From an uncultured Solibacteraceae bacterium (GTDB lineage Bacteria; Acidobacteriota; Terriglobia; Bryobacterales; Bryobacteraceae), in NCBI GenBank assembly GCA_964636715.1, contig CAZWTH010000231.1, positions 70-64,069 on the forward strand: a stretch of 64,000 nucleotides of DNA. The letters run 5' to 3'. Both the position numbers and the translations under genes were made by a program. Numbering within the stretch: position 1 is the stretch's first letter; each line of letters opens with the position of its first letter. Below, one piece after another: positions 49,590 through 59,190 of the stretch. The notes beneath the pieces are model-generated. The model did not search any database and was not told the DNA's origin. It worked only from the letters and a program-made list of their open reading frames with translations.

Positions 49590-50945
49590 ATGAATACCAG
49601 ACGTACGTTCCTGAAGACTGGCGCAGCAGCCGCCGTTTTCCCCGCCATCGTGCCTTCGAGTGTGTTCGGCCAGAATGCGCCGAGCAATCGCATCAACGTG
49701 GGCGCGATCGGCGTGGGCCGTATCTCTCTCGCGCATGATCTGCCGGGTATCTGGCAGCACGATATCGCCCGCATCATGGCGGTTTGCGATCTCGATTCGA
49801 AGCGCGTGGAACTGGGCAAGCAGTTCATCAACTCGCATTACGCCGAAAAGAGCGGGAAGCCTTATGACGGCGTTACAGGCTACAGCAACCATCACGAACT
49901 GCTGGCCAATAAAGATATCGACGCCGTCGTTATCTCGACGCCCGACCATCAGCATGCCCTCTGCGCGGCGGCCGCCGTGCGCGCCGGCAAGGATGTCTAT
50001 CTTCAGAAACCGGCGTCACTCACTATTGCCGAAGGACGGTACCTGAGCGACGTCGTTCAGAAATCCGGCCGCATATTTCAGATCGGCTCGCAGCAACGCT
50101 CGCTGAGCCCCTGGAAGCAGTTTCATCGCACCTGCGAGCTCGTGCGCAACGGCCGCATCGGCCAGTTGAAGCATGTCGAGATCGGTCTGCCGGGCGATCC
50201 CAGCGGTCCCGAGGCGCCGCAGATGCCGGTACCGAAGAATCTGAACTACGATGCCTGGCTGGGCTCGACGCCGGACGTCTATTACACCGAAATCCGCGTG
50301 CATCCGCAGAGCGATTTCAGCCGCCCCGGCTGGCTGCGCTGCGAGCAATTCGGAGCCGGCATGATCACCGGTTGGGGCGCGCACCATGTGGATACCGCGC
50401 ACTGGGGCATGGACACCGAACACACCGGTCCGGTTGAAATCTGGGGCACGGCGGAATTTCCGAAGAGCGGCCTGTGGGATGTGCACGGCCCCTTCAAAAC
50501 CGAAGCCCGTTACGCGAACGGCGTCACGATGGCGATCTCCGGCGACTTTCCGAACGGCATCAAATTCTATGGCAGCGAAGGCTGGATCTTCGTCACGCGT
50601 GACGATACTGTCACCGAGTCCGACCCCGTCACCAAAGAAAAATTACCCCCGCTGATGGCGAGCAATCCGAAGATCCTGTCGAGCGTCATCGGGCCGAACG
50701 AGATCCATCTCTACGAAAGCCCGGAGCATCACCTGAACTGGCTGCAATGCATCAAAAGCCGCAAGCCGACGATCGCGCCGGTCGAAATCGCGCACCGCGC
50801 CTGCTCCACCTGCCTGCTGCATCACATTGCGATGAAGACGAAGCGGCATTTGAAGTGGGATCCGGCGAAGGAGCGTTTCATCGGCGACGATGCCGCGAAC
50901 GCCATGCTGAGCCGCCCGCAACGCGCTGCTTATAAGCTCGCTTAG
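49590..50945 (+). CDS. Gfo/Idh/MocA-family oxidoreductase (Tat signal)
   Basis: ATG at 49590 gives MNTRRTFLKTGAAAAVFP. INVGAIGVGRIS Rossmann motif and ISTPDHQHA. The ORF-track start at 49425 overlaps the upstream gene. Confidence 0.8.
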   Translation: MNTRRTFLKTGAAAAVFPAIVPSSVFGQNAPSNRINVGAIGVGRISLAHDLPGIWQHDIARIMAVCDLDSKRVELGKQFINSHYAEKSGKPYDGVTGYSNHHELLANKDIDAVVISTPDHQHALCAAAAVRAGKDVYLQKPASLTIAEGRYLSDVVQKSGRIFQIGSQQRSLSPWKQFHRTCELVRNGRIGQLKHVEIGLPGDPSGPEAPQMPVPKNLNYDAWLGSTPDVYYTEIRVHPQSDFSRPGWLRCEQFGAGMITGWGAHHVDTAHWGMDTEHTGPVEIWGTAEFPKSGLWDVHGPFKTEARYANGVTMAISGDFPNGIKFYGSEGWIFVTRDDTVTESDPVTKEKLPPLMASNPKILSSVIGPNEIHLYESPEHHLNWLQCIKSRKPTIAPVEIAHRACSTCLLHHIAMKTKRHLKWDPAKERFIGDDAANAMLSRPQRAAYKLA

Positions 50946-51538
50946 CGCGCGGTCCGGCGGCGCCTCAGGGCCGCAAAGCCCAGCGAGGCGAAGCCGAATG
51001 CAGCCAGCCCGAGGCTCGCGGGCTCAGGCGCATTCGCCACTTCGATAATCCCGTAGTAAGGACCTTCGGTTCCGCCGCCATAGTTGGTGGTTCCCCCGAA
51101 CGGAGCATCGTTCCACGTCGCTTTATCGGAAGTGTAGCCCCACGCGTAATGCCAGGCAATCGCCGTGTAGTATTCATCGTCGTTGGCATTGTTCGGCTCG
51201 CCGCCCTGCCAGTCCGTATAGTCCACGGCGCTTCCGTCGCTCCAGGCGAAGTTCGACGCGTGCGACCCCCCGAGGCTATCGAAGGACAGGTCCGCAAGCC
51301 CAATCCAGAGAGGAGCCCCAGCTACGAACGTATTGGCGAGGAGTTGGTTGTCCGCCGAATTATGAATGGACGCCAAATGTCCGCCGAGCGCTACCGCTTC
51401 GTCCTCGGCTGCCTGCCAGCTTTCCGCCTGTGACGTCAAAAAGTACGTGTTACCGCCGAAACTGATCGACGATGCGTGAGCGTTTGCCGCCAAAAGCGCG
51501 AGGGGAAGAGCAAAGGTCAGGGCTGTGAGTTTACGCAC
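50942..51538 (-). CDS. C-type lectin-like domain protein with PEP-CTERM anchor
   Basis: Signal peptide. SWQAAEDEAVALGGHLASIHN, WIGL, WSDGS, GEPNN (EPN) and WND motifs. C-terminal PEP + hydrophobic stretch + RRRR. Confidence 0.7.
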   Translation of the reverse strand: MRKLTALTFALPLALLAANAHASSISFGGNTYFLTSQAESWQAAEDEAVALGGHLASIHNSADNQLLANTFVAGAPLWIGLADLSFDSLGGSHASNFAWSDGSAVDYTDWQGGEPNNANDDEYYTAIAWHYAWGYTSDKATWNDAPFGGTTNYGGGTEGPYYGIIEVANAPEPASLGLAAFGFASLGFAALRRRRTAR

Positions 51539-51620
51539 TTTATAAATTCCTCCGAAAAATCAGTATAGAGACGCGGACCGCGATTCTGTCCAGTACTGTT
51601 GTCAGAAGAAGTACTGGTAC

Positions 51621-53021
51621 TTAGCGGGCAGGAGCGGCGGCGACCGCTGCCGCGTCGAGTTCCTGTTCAGTCGGGAAATAGTCGAACGTGCGGTCGATTT
51701 TCTTCCCGCGCAGCGTTTTATCGAAGAAATCCATCATCGCGGTCCAGTCTTCGGCCGTGAACGCGTGGGCGTGATGGGAGTAATGCACACCCAGATTGCC
51801 CTTCGCGCCCAGCAGATCGTATGCCGGCTCAGCCGCGAGAATCGACTGGTGAACGGCTTCAGGAAGCGAGATCGTATCCATCATGCCTTCGAGCGCGATG
51901 AACGGACGCGGCGCGGCGAGCGCAAGAAACCAGTGCTCGTCGAACGGAAGCTTTTCGCGCTGTCCCCAGAATTCATGCAGGTGAGGCGAGAACCAGTTCG
52001 GATATTTCTTCTGCATGACGTCGAGCGTTTCGCTCTTGCGCGGTCCGGCGAAGCGGTATGCGCCGATGCCGCCACCGCCCGTAACTACCGGCGCCCCCAT
52101 CAGGCGATCGTCGAACGCCGCCGCAACCATAGAGGATTTGCCATTGCGCGACGCGCCCGTGATGATGAGCTTCGTCTTATCGATCGCGCGGTCGGTCTCG
52201 AGATAGTCCGCCACGCGCGAAGCGCCCCACGCCCACCCCGCGAGAATGCCCCAGTCATAGCCCGGATACGCCGGGAAGAATCGGGTGGTGCGGAATGCCC
52301 AGCTTCCATCCGCATTCCGTAGAGTCGTATCTTCGGCGCAGTCATTCGGGTTGAAGACCGTGAGCGCATAGCCCCGCTGAAAGACATTCGCATACTGCTT
52401 TGCCACGCTGTCCGCGGTGGCGCGATTGGCGAAGCCACCCGGAATCACCGCCGGTTTCGGCGCGGCCGACGGCGCCGCGGGACCGGCGAGCATCAGCACA
52501 TCCTCGCCTTTTCCCTGATTCGGACCCTGCGGCAAACGCGAGAGCGGGGTTGCGCCAGGAACCGCGCCGCTCTGGAGAATAATCGTTGGGAATGGACCGC
52601 CTTCCACGGGCGTGAAGACGCCAATGTCGAGGCCGAGCTTTTCGCCGGGACCGAAGGTCAGATGGATCAGGCGATAGTTCACCGACCCCTCGAGCACCTT
52701 TTCCGAACTGATTTCTTTTCCTTTCACATTCCCGGGCGCGGGCGGCATCTGGCCGACGGCATACCAGGCGAGGATCTTTCGCATCTCCTCGCGCCGCTTC
52801 CGCCACTGGCGCGCGTTCGTGACCTTCGCGCCATCGTTCATCGTGAGCACATCGGGCATCGCCGCGCGCACCGGCAGATCTTTCACGCCGGGCATCGGCG
52901 CAAGGGGGGTTTTGATCTCCGGAATGGGAATCTCGCGCGGATCGGGTCCCACGTTCTGCCCGAGCAACTCAATCGAGAGCAGGCCGAGCGCGGCGAATAG
53001 AATCCGGAGTCTCACGGTCAT
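51621..53021 (-). CDS. Carbohydrate esterase family 15-like (glucuronoyl esterase), paralog 2
   Basis: ATG at 53021 (ATGA overlap with the ThuA-gene stop) gives the signal peptide MTVRLRILFAALGLL. Nucleophile motif GASRNGKSS. Confidence 0.65.
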   Translation of the reverse strand: MTVRLRILFAALGLLSIELLGQNVGPDPREIPIPEIKTPLAPMPGVKDLPVRAAMPDVLTMNDGAKVTNARQWRKRREEMRKILAWYAVGQMPPAPGNVKGKEISSEKVLEGSVNYRLIHLTFGPGEKLGLDIGVFTPVEGGPFPTIILQSGAVPGATPLSRLPQGPNQGKGEDVLMLAGPAAPSAAPKPAVIPGGFANRATADSVAKQYANVFQRGYALTVFNPNDCAEDTTLRNADGSWAFRTTRFFPAYPGYDWGILAGWAWGASRVADYLETDRAIDKTKLIITGASRNGKSSMVAAAFDDRLMGAPVVTGGGGIGAYRFAGPRKSETLDVMQKKYPNWFSPHLHEFWGQREKLPFDEHWFLALAAPRPFIALEGMMDTISLPEAVHQSILAAEPAYDLLGAKGNLGVHYSHHAHAFTAEDWTAMMDFFDKTLRGKKIDRTFDYFPTEQELDAAAVAAAPAR

Positions 53022-53968
53022 TTCGCTGTACCTGGCGCGATCGGCGGGGCCGGGAAGTATGCCGGATCCATCGCCGCGATATCCGGACGATAGCTGACCG
53101 AGTCCGCCGTGGGGAAGTTCGCCGGGACCTTCTGGGTCACTTTTCCCGTCGCCGCCCATTCCGCGCCGCGCAGGAACGTGGTAATAAAGCCGACGCAGCT
53201 CATTGCCGAAACGTCATGCCCCATGGTGGTGTGGAAGATGCGTCCTTTGCCATAGTTAAGAACAATCAGATCCGGCTCGTCGCGATTCGTGCCTTTGCCC
53301 GGTGTGGGATCGGAGTGCGCCGTCGCTAGCACGGTCATGTTCTCGCCAGGACCGCGCAGCGAATTGTAGAGCTCGTCGCCCTGATGCATCCACTCTTTGG
53401 GAAGACCCTTCGTGATCGGATGATCGCTGTTGCGGATCGTGACCTTGTAAGGAAGCCGGTTGACGTGCGAGCCGCCCCGCCCGGGCGTGGTATCGGAAAC
53501 CAGCTTCCCTTCCTTGTAATACCAAAGCGCTCCGGATTTTTCATCGCGGCTCCCCCAGCCGCCGATCCCGATCATCAGATTGTACGCGCGCCAGGTGGGG
53601 AAAGAATTATCCGCGGCGTGCACGGAGACCATGCCGCCGCCATTCTGCATGAAGTCTTCGAAAGCTTTCTGCGTTTCCGTGGGCCAGTCGATGGTTAGGG
53701 CGTCGTTGTTGTAATTCATGACAACCACCTGGTATTTCGAAAACTCAGGCTTAAATCCGGAGAGATCGCTGCCTTTGGGCGGCGCGGTCACGATGTCCGT
53801 CTGGAACAGACCCGCTTCGTCGAGAACCTTTTTGAGCACCGGCGTGGTGAGTTGCCAGCGATGGTTGTTCTGGCCATCCACGATCAGCACTCGAATTGGC
53901 GCTGCCTGTGCGTTAATCACGCTCGAGAGCAGGAATCCTCCGGCGGCAATAAACGGGGACATTCTCAT
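53018..53968 (-). CDS. ThuA-domain protein (trehalose-utilisation-like, GATase1 fold)
   Basis: ATG at 53968 preceded by AAGGAG. Signal peptide. RVLIVDGQNNHRW and GGGMVSVHAADNSF. Confidence 0.7.
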   Translation of the reverse strand: MRMSPFIAAGGFLLSSVINAQAAPIRVLIVDGQNNHRWQLTTPVLKKVLDEAGLFQTDIVTAPPKGSDLSGFKPEFSKYQVVVMNYNNDALTIDWPTETQKAFEDFMQNGGGMVSVHAADNSFPTWRAYNLMIGIGGWGSRDEKSGALWYYKEGKLVSDTTPGRGGSHVNRLPYKVTIRNSDHPITKGLPKEWMHQGDELYNSLRGPGENMTVLATAHSDPTPGKGTNRDEPDLIVLNYGKGRIFHTTMGHDVSAMSCVGFITTFLRGAEWAATGKVTQKVPANFPTADSVSYRPDIAAMDPAYFPAPPIAPGTAK

Positions 53969-54314
53969 GGAACGCTCCTTCAGGCCTCCGCATGGAAGCG
54001 GTTCCGGCCAAGCCTGGTCCGTAGTATATCCGAATGGCGGAATCCTGATAGCATTCCCCGAACAGGCTCGCCATGGCCAAAAAGCCATTCCAACGACAGC
54101 AGATTGCACGGTTAGATCCTGCGCGGTCGGGATTCCGAGAGCCGATTCCGACCGATGGGTGTTTGCGCAAGCCCGAGCCGAAGCGGTTGGCGAAGTGCCG
54201 AGTTTATGGAGGTTCGAGCTACAGACGAAGTTCTTCGCCGCGTTTGCGAACGATTCACGTCAGAATCGGTCGGAGGTTGGGCTACCCCCATTAAGTGCGT
54301 GGAGCGCCGAGGAC

Positions 54315-54408
<94 letters not shown>

Positions 54409-54489
54409 GCGAGATGCGATACGGCCGAACAGTCTCGATCTTAGCATGGCGGCGGCCCGTTCCGCCGTGCGTTAGAATGAAGAACGTAC

Positions 54490-54566
54490 GCGCCCGTAGC
54501 TCAGCTGGATAGAGCGTTTGCCTCCGGAGCAAAAGGTCAGAGGTTCGAATCCTCTCGGGCGTACCA
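54490..54566 (+). tRNA. tRNA-Arg (anticodon CCG), CCA encoded
   Basis: GCGCCCGTAGCTCAGCTGGATAGAGC..., anticodon loop CTCCGGA and T-arm AGAGG-TTCGAAT-CCTCT. Confidence 0.9.
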
Positions 54567-54591
54567 CCCTTCTCTATCAGTCCCCCTGGGA

Positions 54592-54618
54592 CGCGGGTAT
54601 CCACACCCGGCGGATTTT
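54592..54618 (+). terminator. Possible terminator after tRNA-Arg
   Basis: cgcgggt / acccg(g)cg stem with one bulge, followed by gatttt. Confidence 0.35.
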
Positions 54619-55037
54619 GTATTCAAATTTCAAATAACTCTCGGGTAGTGGTCTTTGGCAGACTTGCCCTCATCGCGTGATGATAGCGCCCTGGGGCTCT
54701 GTATCGCGATATGACTTCCGCCGTCTCAAACCCAGCTCCGAGGGCACACGTCCGGTTCGCTCGGCTTCGTTCGCCCCCCTAAAAAAGTGGGTTTGTTCAG
54801 GCTTCGCTGCGGAAATTTCGCGTTGACGGCCGAATTCCGCGCTGCCGGGGGGCAGGATGGCGAGTCGTTTGGCTCTCATGGGCGTCCATGTTAGCTTGCC
54901 CGCGCCCGGGCTCCGCCGGTTCGGTAGTTGATTTTGCACGAGAAAAAAGCTGTGACTGAAGTTTCAGCTTAACTATTTTCACTCGCTTTGCGGCGCATGT
55001 GACGATATGCGAACATTGGGCGTACCCCCTTCCGATC

Positions 55038-55907
55038 ATGCTCATACGGGACCGGCTCGCCTCTGGAAAGCCATCCATCTCTTTCGAATTCTTTCCGCCG
55101 AAATCGGACGAGGCCGCGGCGCAACTGGAACGAACCATCGCGGAACTGGGCGCTCTGGAGCCAGCTTTTGTTTCCGTCACTTACGGGGCCGGCGGCTCTA
55201 CGCGCGAGAAGACGCTGGAGATCGTGTCGCGGATCCGCCAGCAGGCGGGGATTGAAGCAATGGCGCATCTCACGTGCGTCGGGGCGACGCGCGAGGAGAT
55301 CGGTGGCGTGGTCGGGCGGCTGACTGATGCCGGGGTCACCAACATTCTTGCGCTGCGGGGCGATCCCCCGAAAGGCGAGACGAAGTTCCGGCCTGTCGAA
55401 AATGGGTTCGTTTATGCGAATGAGCTGGTGAGCTTTATCCGGGATCGCCATGGAGCCGGCCTCTCCGTGGGAGGGGCGGCTTATCCGGAAACGCATACAG
55501 AGTGTGTGGATTCGGCGACGGATCTGGCGAATCTGAAGCGCAAGGTCGATGCGGGCGTGGATTTCCTGATCACGCAGCTCTTCTTCGATAATCGGCGCTA
55601 TTGGGATTTTTGCGACCGGGCCCGCGCGGCGGGAATTCGCGTGCCGATCATTCCGGGTATTATGCCGCTGACGAGCGCCGGTCAGGCGGAGCGTTTCGGC
55701 GCGTCATTGCCGGATGGGCTGGCGGAGGAGATCGACCGGCGGCGGCACGATCCGGCGGCGATTGCGCAGCTGGGCGTGGCGCATGCTACCGCGCAGTCGA
55801 TCGATCTGCTGCGTGGCGGCGCGCCGGGGGTTCATTTTTATACGCTGAACCGGAGCACGGCGACCAAGGATGTGTTCACGGAGCTACGCGTAGCCGGGCT
55901 CGCCTGA
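55038..55907 (+). CDS. metF: Methylenetetrahydrofolate reductase
   Basis: SFEFFPPK, VSVTYGAGGSTR, HLTCVG, LRGDPP and FLITQLFFD motifs. Confidence 0.85.
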   Translation: MLIRDRLASGKPSISFEFFPPKSDEAAAQLERTIAELGALEPAFVSVTYGAGGSTREKTLEIVSRIRQQAGIEAMAHLTCVGATREEIGGVVGRLTDAGVTNILALRGDPPKGETKFRPVENGFVYANELVSFIRDRHGAGLSVGGAAYPETHTECVDSATDLANLKRKVDAGVDFLITQLFFDNRRYWDFCDRARAAGIRVPIIPGIMPLTSAGQAERFGASLPDGLAEEIDRRRHDPAAIAQLGVAHATAQSIDLLRGGAPGVHFYTLNRSTATKDVFTELRVAGLA

Positions 55908-55932
55908 CGGGGTAAGCTATACTGGTTCAGTT

Positions 55933-56262
55933 GTGATTGCAACTCTTCTTATCATTGTTCATGTGATCGTGTGCCTGTTCCTGATGGTGGTTGTCCTGCT
56001 GCAGAGCGGCAAGGCGGCGGACCTGGCGGGGGCATTCGGCGGAATGGGCTCTCAGACGGCCTTCGGTCCGCGGGGTTCGGCGACTCTGCTTTCGAAGGCG
56101 ACGACGGTTTCGGCGATTATTTTTATGCTGACGTCGATTTCGCTCTCGGTGGTGGCGACGCGCGGCGCGGGTGTCTCGAAGGCTCCCGTTCTGGAACGTC
56201 ATGGGTCGCGGCCGGCGCCGACAGCGCCTGCGACGCCTCAGCCCGCGCCGCAGAAGAAGTAG
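55933..56262 (+). CDS. secG: Preprotein translocase subunit SecG
   Basis: GTG start. TM helix, LLQSGKAADLAGAFGGMGSQTAFGPRG, a second TM helix and a Pro/Ala-rich tail. Confidence 0.8.
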   Translation: MIATLLIIVHVIVCLFLMVVVLLQSGKAADLAGAFGGMGSQTAFGPRGSATLLSKATTVSAIIFMLTSISLSVVATRGAGVSKAPVLERHGSRPAPTAPATPQPAPQKK

Positions 56263-56283
56263 TTGTAAAATCGCCCCAGTATT

Positions 56284-56370
56284 GCGGAGGTGGCGGAATT
56301 GGCAGACGCACTAGCTTGAGGTGCTAGCGGGAGCAATCTCGTGGGGGTTCAAGTCCCCCTCTCCGCACCA
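56284..56370 (+). tRNA. tRNA-Leu (anticodon GAG), class II, CCA encoded
   Basis: GCGGAGGTGGCGGAATTGGCAGACGC, anticodon stem-loop CTAGC-TTGAGGT-GCTAG and T-arm GGGGG-TTCAAGT-CCCCC. Confidence 0.9.
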
Positions 56371-56387
56371 TAGATTCTAAATAACTT

Positions 56388-56421
56388 AACGGCCATCAGG
56401 CGATTGATGGCCGTTTTGTGT
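56388..56421. terminator. Bidirectional Rho-independent terminator
   Basis: Perfect 11-bp stem aacggccatca (56388-56398) / tgatggccgtt (56405-56415) with a 6-nt loop. T-rich run downstream on + and A/T-rich on -. Sits between tRNA-Leu and the convergent TPR gene. Confidence 0.6.
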
Positions 56422-57492
56422 TTACTTTTGGCCTTTCCCGAGCTTATCCGCTTCTTTGGTATGCAGAGCCGCCTTTGCCGCGTCGCCCTTCTGCAGGTAG
56501 AGTTCCGCCAGGCGGCGGTGGATCACTGCGCGGCTGGGGTCGAAATCCAGGGCGCGGGTGTACTGATCGATCGCCTGCGTATACATTTTCTTCTCCTTGT
56601 ACGCTACGGCGCGTTCCACTGCGATATCCGCCTGGAGTCCCTGGTAATACTCCGACGCTGGGAACTCCTTGCCTTCCGGCAGCGCGGCGCTCAGCGCCGC
56701 CAGCGCTTTGTCGCTCGCGTGCTGGCCGTTATAAACTCGCGCGATGTTCAGGTATGCGGCAGGCTGCGAGCTATCCATCGCGATGGATTTCCGGCATAAG
56801 TCCTCGGCTTCGGCGAAGCGCTGCTTCCGGATATAAACCGCCGCCAGCGAATTCAGCATCTCCGGCGTGGCGTAGGGCGTGTGAATCACTTTTTCGAACT
56901 CGTCGATCGCGGCGGGGTCCTGCTTCAGGTCCACATACGCCAGCGCCAGAAAATAGTGCGCCGGGACCATCGTGGGATCGGCCGCGAGGGCCTTATGGTT
57001 TAAATCCAGAGACGCGGCTGGATCTCCGAGTTTGCGACGGACTTCCCCCAGCAGCGAAAGAAGAGTCGGTAAGCCGGGGCTTTGCTTCAGCCCGAGCTCC
57101 AATTGCTCCTGGGCCTTTTCGTTCAGGCCCTGATCGAGATAGAGACGGGCCAAATAGAAGCGCGCCCACACCAGCTCCGGATCGAGATCGATCGCCTGCT
57201 GCAATTCGGCCTTGGCGTCGCCGATCATCGCAGTCGACTTCTCCGCGATATACGCCATGCCCAGAAGCATGTGGGCGGACGCGGATCGCGGATCGGCCGC
57301 CAGCACGGACTTGCATTCGCGAACCGCCTGTTCGACGTTCCCCTGTTGCAGGTGCTGCGCGGCGATGCCCAGTTGTGCGCCGTGTGGATCGGCAGGAGGG
57401 GCCTGCGCCCACATCGTGCCCGAAGCCAGGAGGACAACAGCGATCAGAAGCCGCGGCACGGCGCCATTATATCGGAGGCGCTCAGTGGGCAT
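56422..57492 (-). CDS. Tetratricopeptide-repeat protein, secreted
   Basis: ATG at 57492 gives a signal peptide (...RLLIAVVLLASGTMWAQA). Multiple 34-aa TPR units (e.g. AHMLLGMAYIAEKS..., YFLALAYVDLKQDP...). Confidence 0.7.
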   Translation of the reverse strand: MPTERLRYNGAVPRLLIAVVLLASGTMWAQAPPADPHGAQLGIAAQHLQQGNVEQAVRECKSVLAADPRSASAHMLLGMAYIAEKSTAMIGDAKAELQQAIDLDPELVWARFYLARLYLDQGLNEKAQEQLELGLKQSPGLPTLLSLLGEVRRKLGDPAASLDLNHKALAADPTMVPAHYFLALAYVDLKQDPAAIDEFEKVIHTPYATPEMLNSLAAVYIRKQRFAEAEDLCRKSIAMDSSQPAAYLNIARVYNGQHASDKALAALSAALPEGKEFPASEYYQGLQADIAVERAVAYKEKKMYTQAIDQYTRALDFDPSRAVIHRRLAELYLQKGDAAKAALHTKEADKLGKGQK

Positions 57493-59167
57493 CCGCTTCG
57501 TCCACCTGCAAAATCTGATCCGCGCGAACGCCGTCCAGCACCTGCTTCTTTCCGCTGGGCCATTCGATCTCGACGCGAGCGACGGTTTCATTACCCAGGC
57601 CGAAATACAAACGCGTATCGCTGGTGCTGAGGTAACTTCCGTACGGATTCACTTCCCGGAACTGCGTCCTGCCGCCGCTTGTCACGCGCACCTTCGCGCC
57701 CACTCCAAAACGATTGCTCTCCCGGCCGCGCGCGCGAAGCGCGATCCAGTGATTGCGATTGCCCCCGTCATTACGCAGCAGCAGCGGACTCCCGCCGGAA
57801 TCGCTCACCACAACATCCAGATCGCCGTCGTTATCGAAATCCGCCACCGCCAGACCGCGGCCCACGTGTTGAATGCGAAGCCCCGGCCCGCTCTCCGCCG
57901 AGACGTCCCGAAAATGGCCGCCACCCAGGTTGCGGTACAGCAGGTCGGTCTGCCGATACGAAAGCCGCGGATCGTAGAGCGCCACGTTATCGATGACGTG
58001 TCCATTGGTCACATAGATATCCGGATACCCGTCATTGTCGAAGTCGAAAACTTTCGCGCCGAAGCCGAGCGTCTTCACGCTGGATGGCAATCCGGCTTTG
58101 ACCGTGCCATCTTCAAAAATCAGCTTCCCCTGGTTGTGATAGATCGGGTTGTACTGGTCCGAAAAGGCTGTGAAGAAAATGTCGGGCAAGCCATCGCCAT
58201 CGAGATCCACCATCTCGACGCCCATGCCGGCGAGCGCCTTACCGTTCATGTCGAAACCCACGCCGGCGCTGTAGGTGACGTCGTCAAACGTGCCGTCGCC
58301 TTTGTTGCGATACAGAAAATTGCGGACGCCATCGTTGGCCACGAAAATATCGGGCCATCCATCGCCATCGATATCGCCGATGGCCACCCCCAGAGCCTTT
58401 CCCGCCGGATTCGCCACGCCCGCTTTGCGGGAAACCTCCGTGAACGTGCCATTCCGGTTGTTGTGGAACAGCAACGACGGCGTCCCGTCGAACTGCTGCG
58501 GTTCGCAGTACATGCGATAGCCCGGTTTTTTGTATCCACAGTAGGGCGGTTTATGGATGTCGTAATCGACGTAGCGTCCCACAAACAGATCCAGGTAGCC
58601 GTCGCGGTCGTAGTCGATCCACGCGGCGCTGCTGCTCCACCCCGTGGCGCCGACTCCGGCTTTGGCCGTTACATCAGTGAAGGTCCCGTCGCCGTTGTTG
58701 CGGAAAAGCTGGGAGCCTCCGAAGCCGGTGAGATAGATATCCAGATTGCCGTCGTTATCGTAGTCGCCCACGGTCACGCCGGTCGCGAACATCCCATTGC
58801 CTTTGACGCCGGCTTTAGCGGTCACATCCGCGAATTTGCCGTTGCCCAGATTGCGATAGAGCACATTGCCGGGCGATGGCTTGCCATGGGCGAGATCGGC
58901 CCCGTTGGCGAAAAACAAATCGGGATAGCCGTCATTATCGAAATCGATCACGCCCACGCCCGAGCCGAACGTCTCGAACATGTGCTTATCCGTCGACGCG
59001 CCGCTTTCGTGACGAAACGTAATGCCGGATTCCGCCGCAACGTCATTGAACTGCACCGGTCTGGGCGCCTGCTGGCTCTCGAGAGACAGGGGCGCGAGGA
59101 GAAGCAGCACATTGGCGCTGAAAATCAGGGGAGTTTTGCGCAGGAGCGGCGCGATGCGGGATTTCAT
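57482..59167 (-). CDS. FG-GAP/VCBS-repeat + ASPIC/UnbV protein (CRTAC1 family)
   Basis: ATG at 59167 gives a signal peptide. Repeated DFDNDGYPD / DYDNDGNLD / DIDGDGWPD calcium-type loops. C-terminal NHWIALRARG...GVGAKVRV...YLSTSD...LYFGLG...VEIEWPSG (ASPIC/UnbV). Confidence 0.8.
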   Translation of the reverse strand: MKSRIAPLLRKTPLIFSANVLLLLAPLSLESQQAPRPVQFNDVAAESGITFRHESGASTDKHMFETFGSGVGVIDFDNDGYPDLFFANGADLAHGKPSPGNVLYRNLGNGKFADVTAKAGVKGNGMFATGVTVGDYDNDGNLDIYLTGFGGSQLFRNNGDGTFTDVTAKAGVGATGWSSSAAWIDYDRDGYLDLFVGRYVDYDIHKPPYCGYKKPGYRMYCEPQQFDGTPSLLFHNNRNGTFTEVSRKAGVANPAGKALGVAIGDIDGDGWPDIFVANDGVRNFLYRNKGDGTFDDVTYSAGVGFDMNGKALAGMGVEMVDLDGDGLPDIFFTAFSDQYNPIYHNQGKLIFEDGTVKAGLPSSVKTLGFGAKVFDFDNDGYPDIYVTNGHVIDNVALYDPRLSYRQTDLLYRNLGGGHFRDVSAESGPGLRIQHVGRGLAVADFDNDGDLDVVVSDSGGSPLLLRNDGGNRNHWIALRARGRESNRFGVGAKVRVTSGGRTQFREVNPYGSYLSTSDTRLYFGLGNETVARVEIEWPSGKKQVLDGVRADQILQVDEADAH

Positions 59168-59190
59168 ATCTGTCGTTGAATCGCCCGGCG

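Noticed and set aside
54567-55037. SAM or SAH riboswitch upstream of metF.
   Set aside because: I could not find the conserved SAM-I (GCAACC / GGUGCCAA-type) or SAH core strings by eye. Left as an unassigned leader pending an Rfam scan.
54670-55180. Small ORFs (89 aa and 127 aa, minus strand) in the tRNA-Arg/metF spacer.
   Set aside because: Arg/Pro-rich, no start context, and they overlap each other and the metF 5' end. Judged non-coding.
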